Position numbers and translations under genes: made by a program | Notes under the pieces: generated by a model | Database searches by the model: none | What the model saw: only the letters and a program-made list of their open reading frames with translations | Told to the model about the DNA's origin: nothing | Source: Chlamydiota bacterium | GTDB taxonomy: Bacteria; Auribacterota; Tritonobacteria; UBA1439 | Assembly: GCA_037133055.1 (NCBI GenBank) | Contig: JBAXOY010000076.1 | Location: forward strand, 1-15,277 | Length of the DNA stretch: 15,277 bases | Reading direction: 5' to 3' | Shown here: one piece after another, positions 1 to 5,891 of the stretch | How the letters are laid out: each line of letters opens with the position of its first letter | Numbering within the stretch: the stretch's first letter is position 1

Positions 1-7
1 ATCTGCG

Positions 8-100
8 TCCCGGCGTTGAAGCGTGTAACGCTGGATTCCCGCTGGAGTTTACCCCGGCGAAAAGCGGGGCGGGAATGACATCCGGAAGAAGATACCCCCC
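8..100. repeat. REP-like palindromic element (GGATTCCCGC...GCGGGAATGAC type), copy A
   Basis: Nested hairpins (CCGGCGTT/AACGCTGG; ATTCCCGC/GCGGGAAT; CCCCG/CGGGG). 8-43 and 69-100 match the reverse complement of 14006-14076 at 35/36 and 29/32 nt. Confidence 0.85.
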
Positions 101-240
101 GTACGTGACCCAGTACTCCCCGTCCCCCCGCAAAAATAGTGCTGGTCGAACGGGCCGCTTTGGGCGATAATGGCTTTTTCAGCAGTTGGAATGGCCTGTC
201 TGTCGCGTCACACCGATCATTTCCGAAGGGGAGTAGCGCC

Positions 241-1656
241 ATGCTGACCGCCAAGGACTATTACCGCGATCCGGAGGTGCAGGAGAGGATCGCCGAGTAC
301 TGCGGGGGGAGCGCCCAGGAGCCGGAGCTCTGCACCGCGGAGTACCTCGTCGGCTACGGGGAGGCCCTCATCGGCAACCTCGCCCCGGAACCGTACGTCT
401 CGACCCCCAAAAATGGGTTCCACTACATCCTCGACAACAGCCTGGACATCTTCCGTTCGCTCTGGGACCGGGTCCACACGCTCGGGGTCCTCGACGTGGA
501 ATATTTCAACATGGACTACCCCGGCGCGGTTTACCTCGACCAGGTCGGCGTCTTCACAAAGATCGAGCCGGTCTATCGCGCGATCCTGGACGTGTACGGG
601 CGCTACGGCATCCAGCCGATGGCCCTCATGACCGGGCAGGGGTACCATTTCTCGTTCCAGATCCAGTCGGGGACGAAGACCGACCTGATGATCGAGGAGT
701 TCGGGCGCCTGATCGACTCGCTCGAGGGCAAATACGAGGTCAACCTGAGCAAGCGGCACCGGAACGTGTCGCTCCGCCACGGGCGATCGTTCGACGGGAT
801 GGGGCGCGTCATGGAGTTCCTGGCCCACGAGGTCATCAAGGCCGCGGCCGCGGCGAGCCCGATCCCGGTCATGCTGACCGACGTCTCCGTCGGGCGCGTC
901 AAGGGCGGCCCGCGCGAGGCGGTCTCGGTCGACCTCTCCTGCTTCGGCGACCCGATCTATATGCGCGACCTCCGCTGCGCCTTCTCCACGCATCAGAAGC
1001 ACAAGGTCCAGCGCCACAAGGTCGGCGAGGAAATCGCCCAAGGCACGCCGGTCCAGGTGGCGATCCCGCGCGGGAAGCTCAGCCTCGACGAGTGCATGGC
1101 GATGCGCCGGCATTTCCGGAACTGCGCGGAGTACGCGAAGAAGACCTACTGCTTCATCCCCGATTTCTCGGTCAACTTCAAGAAGGTCATCCAGGATTAC
1201 AAGGAGTCGAAGCTGCACCGGTTCCACGAGTGGTTCAACAGCGAGAAGCAGGACCCGTGGACCGTGTGGGACAAGACCTACCGCGCCTTCGACATGCGCG
1301 TCCTGCCGCCCTGCGTCCAGCACTCGCTCCGCGTGCCGAACGACAACCTCCTGAAGCCCACCAACCTCCAGACGCTCACCCGCTGCCTCCTCGCCATCGG
1401 CTGGCACCCGCAGCACATCGCCGGCCTCGTGCGCTCCAAGTGGGAGGGGAACTACGGGTGGGGCCCCGACCGATGGGCGCACTTCGACGCGGGCTCACGC
1501 TCCTCGTTCTACGTGCGGCTCTTCTCCGGCCTCATGGCCGCGGGGGTGGACCGGCTGCTCGACCACAACTGCGTCTCCCACCTCGAGAAGGGCTTTTGCT
1601 GGCAGCCCAACTGCGGCTACAGCCTGGGGATGTACCACTGGAACGGCAAGTTCTGA
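241..1656 (+). CDS. AEP-superfamily primase-polymerase-like protein with C-terminal PriL-like 4-Cys domain, paralog 1 (471 aa)
   Basis: AAGGGGAG RBS at 226-232 before ATG 241; this start also aligns with paralog 2. Motif I GVLDVEY (D85/E87), motif II TGQGYH (H136), motif III VSVD..GD...RDLRCAFSTHQK (D231). C-terminal LPPC(358)...NC(444)-x8-C(453)-x4-C(458). Confidence 0.72.
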   Translation: MLTAKDYYRDPEVQERIAEYCGGSAQEPELCTAEYLVGYGEALIGNLAPEPYVSTPKNGFHYILDNSLDIFRSLWDRVHTLGVLDVEYFNMDYPGAVYLDQVGVFTKIEPVYRAILDVYGRYGIQPMALMTGQGYHFSFQIQSGTKTDLMIEEFGRLIDSLEGKYEVNLSKRHRNVSLRHGRSFDGMGRVMEFLAHEVIKAAAAASPIPVMLTDVSVGRVKGGPREAVSVDLSCFGDPIYMRDLRCAFSTHQKHKVQRHKVGEEIAQGTPVQVAIPRGKLSLDECMAMRRHFRNCAEYAKKTYCFIPDFSVNFKKVIQDYKESKLHRFHEWFNSEKQDPWTVWDKTYRAFDMRVLPPCVQHSLRVPNDNLLKPTNLQTLTRCLLAIGWHPQHIAGLVRSKWEGNYGWGPDRWAHFDAGSRSSFYVRLFSGLMAAGVDRLLDHNCVSHLEKGFCWQPNCGYSLGMYHWNGKF

Positions 1657-1662
1657 CCCCCC

Positions 1663-3105
1663 ATGAACATGATCAGCCGCGTGATGTCGGAAGACGAGTT
1701 TCGCTCCATCCAGGGATACTACCTGCACGACACCGTCCGCGCCCGGGTTCGCGAGTTCTGCGGCGGAAACAAATTCACCTGCGAGTACCTCGTCGGCTTC
1801 GGCGAATTCCTCGTCCGGCAGGGCTACCGGCGGCCCCTGCGGCTTACCGGGGAGGATGGCCTGCCGGGATTGATGGACGAGGGGCTCGACCTGTTCCGCT
1901 CCGTGTGGGACCGCGAGTCCACGCTCGCCGTCTGGGACGTCGAGTATTTCAACCTTGACACCTGGTCGGGGCTCTACGGCGACCAGCTCCCCTACTTCGA
2001 GCTTATGGAGCCGACCTACCGCGCGATCGAGGGGCTCCTCAAGGGGTACGGCATCCCCCACCTGAACGACACGACCGCCTCCGGCTACCATTTCATATCG
2101 CGCCTCCCGTTCGACTCCCCGGTGCACACGCGGCTCGAGGCGATCGGGGCGCCCGAGAAGAGCCTGATGGAGAAATACGCGACGGTCCCGGGGGGCGACA
2201 ACAAGCGGATGCGCCCCCTCCCCGAGCGCGAAGCGAAGGGCTACAGCGGCATCGGGCGCCTGATGGAGTTCCTCTGCCACCGCGTCATCGAGAAGTCGCG
2301 CGGGCGGGGGCCGCTCCCCGTGATGATCTCGGACGTCGCGACCACCCGGACGCCGCGGGGCCGCGAGGGGATGAACCTCGACATCACGCAGTACGCCGAC
2401 CCGCTCTTCATGCGCGACATCCGGACCTCGTTCTCCACGCACCAGAAGCACAAGGTCTACGTCGGGCGCGTCGGCGAGGAGCTCGCCCGCGAGCTCCCGA
2501 TCTACGCCACCGTGCCGCGGGGCACGCTCTCCTGCACCGAGCTCCTCGAGATCAGGAGCAATCTGAACCGCGCCGCGGAGTACGCCGGGAAGGTTTCCTC
2601 CGCGATCCCGGACGCCGCGCGCGGGTGGGGGAAGGTCATCGACGACTACCTCGGCTCGCCGCTCCGCGCGTTCCACAAGGAGTTCGACTCGGTCGAGCAC
2701 GAGCCCTCGTGGAAGTGGCCGGAGACGTACCGGAGGCTCGACCTCGGCGGCATCCCCCCGTGCGCCGCGCAGGCGATCCGCAACTCGAGCTGGGGGCTCA
2801 TGACCCCGACGAGCATCCAGACGGTGTGCCGCACGCTCATGAGCTGCGGCTGGCACCCGAAGCACATCGGAGGGCTCATCCGCTCCCACTACGAGCAGCC
2901 GCTCGACTGGGGGACCGACTGGTCGAAGTACCACGCGGAGACGAGGGCGAACTTCTGGGCGAGGGTCTACTGCGGGCTCATCGCGACGGGGCTCGACCCG
3001 CTCGGCGACTTCAACTGCGTCTCCCAGCAGGAGAAGGGCTTCTGCCCCTCCCCCTGGTGCGGCTTCAACCTCGAGGAGCGTAAGGAAGCGCTCCTGGCGA
3101 AGTAG
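1663..3105 (+). CDS. AEP-superfamily primase-polymerase-like protein with C-terminal PriL-like 4-Cys domain, paralog 2 (480 aa)
   Basis: Starts 6 nt after the paralog 1 stop (alternative ATGs at 1669 and 1684). AVWDVEY (D92/E94), TASGYH (H143), MNLD..AD...RDIRTSFSTHQK (D240), IPPC(367)...NC(452)-x8-C(461)-x4-C(466). 37/77 identities to paralog 1 in the gap-free motif I-II block. Confidence 0.72.
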   Translation: MNMISRVMSEDEFRSIQGYYLHDTVRARVREFCGGNKFTCEYLVGFGEFLVRQGYRRPLRLTGEDGLPGLMDEGLDLFRSVWDRESTLAVWDVEYFNLDTWSGLYGDQLPYFELMEPTYRAIEGLLKGYGIPHLNDTTASGYHFISRLPFDSPVHTRLEAIGAPEKSLMEKYATVPGGDNKRMRPLPEREAKGYSGIGRLMEFLCHRVIEKSRGRGPLPVMISDVATTRTPRGREGMNLDITQYADPLFMRDIRTSFSTHQKHKVYVGRVGEELARELPIYATVPRGTLSCTELLEIRSNLNRAAEYAGKVSSAIPDAARGWGKVIDDYLGSPLRAFHKEFDSVEHEPSWKWPETYRRLDLGGIPPCAAQAIRNSSWGLMTPTSIQTVCRTLMSCGWHPKHIGGLIRSHYEQPLDWGTDWSKYHAETRANFWARVYCGLIATGLDPLGDFNCVSQQEKGFCPSPWCGFNLEERKEALLAK

Positions 3106-3142
3106 GCGGAAAAACTCCCAGGAGCCTCGGCGGGACCGTCCG

Positions 3143-3634
3143 CTACTCTTCTTTCTTCGACTCGAAATAATCGTCGTCTTTGCAGCCGGGGAACTTGAAC
3201 ACCGCGGGGGTGCAGGTGCCGCGCGTGAGGACCTTCAGAATGCACGTGTAGGTGTTCCCCACCTTGATCCCGTACTTGTCGATGTACTTCTCCCCGGGAT
3301 ACCAGGAGTTCGCCAGGCGGAAGAGGTGCTCGCGGTCGACGACCTTGCGTGCCCAATCCTGCCTTATCAGGGCGTCGGTTTTGAACGAGAACCATATCTC
3401 GCACCCCGGGTAGCCTGGGCCGCCCGTGGCGAGAACCTGCTTCCCCGATGCGGCGCTGATCTCCATCTTCGTGATCGTCGCCGTGCCCGCGTAGTCCACA
3501 TAGTCGCACGGCCCGCCGACCTTCATCTTCTCCCGGCTTTCCGGTTTCACGCGCATCGCCTCTCCTTCCGCGAACGCCCCCGCGAGGCACAGAAACCCCG
3601 CGAGCATTCCGCACCACACGATCCGTGTCTTCAC
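3143..3634 (-). CDS. Exported hypothetical protein, Cys-containing (163 aa)
   Basis: AGGGAGGGAG RBS just before GTG at 3634. Signal-peptide-like N-terminus (MKTRIVWCGMLAGFLCLAGAFA). Five Cys in the mature part (GGPCDY, GCE, YTC, GTCTP, PGC). Host-like codon usage. Confidence 0.75.
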   Translation of the reverse strand: MKTRIVWCGMLAGFLCLAGAFAEGEAMRVKPESREKMKVGGPCDYVDYAGTATITKMEISAASGKQVLATGGPGYPGCEIWFSFKTDALIRQDWARKVVDREHLFRLANSWYPGEKYIDKYGIKVGNTYTCILKVLTRGTCTPAVFKFPGCKDDDYFESKKEE

Positions 3635-3759
3635 GTCTCCCTCCCTGTTGCCGTGCATGCTTTCGGTCTTGAACTTTTGCCTTCGGCCGCCGTCCCATGC
3701 TCAACGCGGAATGACGAAATCCGAGTGACATTCGAACGACCCGCCATCCAAGAACCGTT

Positions 3760-4446
3760 TCAGTAGCCGCCCTTCGCGGCCTTGCCCGTCACGAGTGCGA
3801 CCGACTGGCTCGCGCCGATGCGGTTGGCGCCGGCCGCGATGAGCGCATAGGCGAACTCCCGAGTCTTGACGCCCCCGCTCGCCTTGATGAGCACCTCGTC
3901 CCCCACGACCTCGCGCATGAGCTTCACGTCCTCGACCGTCGCGCCGCCCTCCTCCTTGCCGGTCGAGGTCTTGATGAACCGCGCCCCGGCGGTCTTCGCC
4001 AGGCAGCAGGCGCATACCTTCTCGTACGTGGTGAGGAGCCCCGTCTCGATGATGACCTTCACCGGCTTCTCCTCGCAGGCCTTCACCACCTGCTGGATAT
4101 CCTCGAGGACCAGGATGTAGTGCCTGCTCTTCAGGGCGCTGACATTGATCACCATGTCGATCTCCTGCGCCCCCCTCCGCACGATGGCGTCGTGCGCCTC
4201 GAACGCCTTGGCGACCGGGGTCATCTGCCCGTGGGGAAAGCCGACCACCGCGATCGGGATGACGTCGGAGCCCTTGAGCTTCGCGGCCACGTACTCCACG
4301 TCCCCGGAGAAGACGCAGACCGACCTGAAATGGTACTTCTTCGCCTCCGCGCAGGCGCGGTCGAAGTCGGCCTTCTTCGCGTCCGTCTTCAGAAGCGTGT
4401 GGTCGATCAGCCTCGCCAGCTCCCGGTCATACTCGAGTTCCTTCAT
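3760..4446 (-). CDS. deoC: Deoxyribose-phosphate aldolase
   Basis: DERA motifs IDHTLLK, SVCV, VVGFPHG, EIDMVIN, KVIIETG, FIKTSTG (Schiff-base Lys), IKASGGV, RIGAS. Start is ATG 4446 or GTG 4467; both have purine-rich upstream sequence. Confidence 0.96.
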   Translation of the reverse strand: MKELEYDRELARLIDHTLLKTDAKKADFDRACAEAKKYHFRSVCVFSGDVEYVAAKLKGSDVIPIAVVGFPHGQMTPVAKAFEAHDAIVRRGAQEIDMVINVSALKSRHYILVLEDIQQVVKACEEKPVKVIIETGLLTTYEKVCACCLAKTAGARFIKTSTGKEEGGATVEDVKLMREVVGDEVLIKASGGVKTREFAYALIAAGANRIGASQSVALVTGKAAKGGY

Positions 4447-4520
4447 CGCGATCCTCTCCCGCGCCACGGCGCTCCCCCGCCGCGGCTTAACCCTCAGTCA
4501 CCGGATGCAATGAAACCTTT

Positions 4521-4558
4521 TCCCCTCCCCCCTTGAGGGGGAGGGTCAGGGTGGGGGG
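4521..4558. repeat. 38-bp REP-like element (CCCTCCCCCCTTGAGGGGGAGGG type), left copy
   Basis: Internal hairpin CCCTCCCCC/GGGGGAGGG. Reverse complement matches 5583-5620 at 35/38. Confidence 0.85.
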
Positions 4559-4598
4559 TAGAAACAAACACCCCGTACATGAGGCATGACGCCGCGGC

Positions 4599-5444
4599 CT
4601 ACAGTTTGAGCTCCACGTTCTGCCCGTCCTGGATCATGAGCTCCGGGACGATCTCCGAGAGGGAATGCCCGTGCTCGGTCTGCTGCATCTTCAGGGTGTA
4701 GACCCCCGGCGGAACCGGCACGGGGCCCCACTCGCCGTTGACGGTGATGACCTCTTTTCCCGTCCCCTTCGCGATGAGGACCCACCGGTAGGGAGGCGGC
4801 GCGCCGGGCGCCGACGGGGCGATGCCGAGCCCCGTGTTCACATCCACGCCCAGGCATTTCCCGCGAGTGACGGTCACCGATTTCGCGAGGCAGATCTCGC
4901 TCGATCCGTGCTCCCACTGCCGGTACCAGAGCGAGTATATCCCGGCGGGCGCCGGAACGGCGTCCCACGCGCCGCTCGCCTTCACGACATCTTTCCCGCT
5001 CGCGGGATCCCTGAGCAGCCAGTAATACGGCGGATCCTTCACCCACTTCGCCGGGACGAGGTGGATGCCGGTGTCGAGCTTCAGCACCGCCGTCTCGCCG
5101 GCCCTGACCGCCGCCTCCACGCCGAGGTCGGTGTCGCTCGCGCCGTGCTCGGACTGCCGCCACACGATGCGGTACGCTCCTGGGGGCAGCGAGATCTCCT
5201 CGATTTTCCCCTTGAGGGACGCGACCTCACGGCCGTCGGCCGCCGACAGCACCTTCACCGAGTACGGCTCCTTCCCCACCCATGCCGCGGGATCGATGCG
5301 GAGTCTCCCGACCGCCGCGACCTTCACCGTGACCGACTCCGGCTCCTTCTTCAGCGCCTGCCCCTGCGCCTTCGCGAGCGCCTCGTTCAGGCCCGGCGCG
5401 GGGAGGGCGAGAAGCGCCGCGGCCGTCATGCCGTACCATCTCAT
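4599..5444 (-). CDS. Exported protein with three tandem ~79-aa beta-rich repeats (QxEHG motif), 281 aa
   Basis: ATG at 5444 begins a signal-peptide-like MRWYGMTAAALLALPAPGLNEALA. Three repeats each show PY...G.[ED]V...P.G.Y....QxEHG. QxEHG codons at 5142-5156, 4905-4919 and 4668-4682. Confidence 0.8.
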   Translation of the reverse strand: MRWYGMTAAALLALPAPGLNEALAKAQGQALKKEPESVTVKVAAVGRLRIDPAAWVGKEPYSVKVLSAADGREVASLKGKIEEISLPPGAYRIVWRQSEHGASDTDLGVEAAVRAGETAVLKLDTGIHLVPAKWVKDPPYYWLLRDPASGKDVVKASGAWDAVPAPAGIYSLWYRQWEHGSSEICLAKSVTVTRGKCLGVDVNTGLGIAPSAPGAPPPYRWVLIAKGTGKEVITVNGEWGPVPVPPGVYTLKMQQTEHGHSLSEIVPELMIQDGQNVELKL

Positions 5445-5582
5445 ATTCCCGCCATGCCTCCCGATCGACCACCGCAACCGCACCATGATGATTCTATACC
5501 AGATGACCCTGCCCAATCCATCAAAAAAGCCCGGGCGGCGATCACCCCGGGATACGGGGGTTACTTGTGGGGGGCATTCTCA

Positions 5583-5620
5583 CCCCCCACCCCGACCCCG
5601 CCCCTCAAGGGGGGAGGGGA
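5583..5620. repeat. 38-bp REP-like element, right copy (inverted relative to 4521-4558)
   Basis: CCCCCCACCCCGACCCCGCCCCTCAAGGGGGGAGGGGA; 35/38 identical to the reverse complement of 4521-4558. Confidence 0.85.
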
Positions 5621-5771
5621 ATAAGGCCGAACTCCTTCCGTAATCGAGGTGCGAATTTTGTGTGTCGAATTTTGTGTCGTACCGGTGTATGAGATTCGCT
5701 ATCATAGGGATCCGAGCGGATTCCATTTTTCCAGAGACGGTCTGTTGTTTCGACAGGGGGCCCGCGGATAG

Positions 5772-5891
5772 TTCCCCGATTACACGGAGCGGCAGTTCGA
5801 GGCGGAGTTCACCCCGTATTTCACACCGGCAGCGAAAGAGCGCCTCGCGGACTCCGGCCGGGTCATCTACGGAATTGAGGTGACGGCATGA
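5772..5891 (+). pseudogene. 3' remnant of a probable NoeA-like SAM-dependent methyltransferase gene
   Basis: Startless frame FPDYTERQFEAEFTPYFTPAAKERLADSGRVIYGIEVTA*, preceded by an in-frame TAG (5769-5771). Its TGA overlaps the next ATG (ATGA, 5888-5891). Resembles, from memory, the FPDYT...FE..F..YF...S.R..Y tail of NoeA-like methyltransferases. Confidence 0.55.

Noticed and set aside
97..108. CCCCGTACGTGA, similar to CCCCGTACATGA at 4571-4582, each next to a REP-like element
   Set aside because: 11/12 match in GC-rich DNA is too short to distinguish from chance.
143..171. Possible promoter for the AEP operon (GATAAT at 166-171)
   Set aside because: No convincing -35 element at the proper spacing, and no recognisable LexA box.
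139..240. GTG-initiated 34-aa N-terminal extension of the first AEP-like ORF
   Set aside because: ATG 241 has a good RBS and aligns with paralog 2; the extension has no counterpart there.
217..2934. Long antisense and alternate-frame ORFs (217-1482, 1495-2934, 1092-1958) over the AEP genes
   Set aside because: Expected shadow ORFs of high-GC3 genes; low-complexity Arg/Ala/Val-rich translations without motifs.
3709..3736. GAATGACGAAATCCGAGTGACATTCGAA, possible degenerate short-repeat element
   Set aside because: Single short, degenerate occurrence in the window; cannot be supported without the genome.
3760..4446. Functional link between deoC (deoxyribose catabolism) and the AEP pair
   Set aside because: Opposite strand and separated by another gene; deoC is a common housekeeping gene, and adjacency alone is not evidence.
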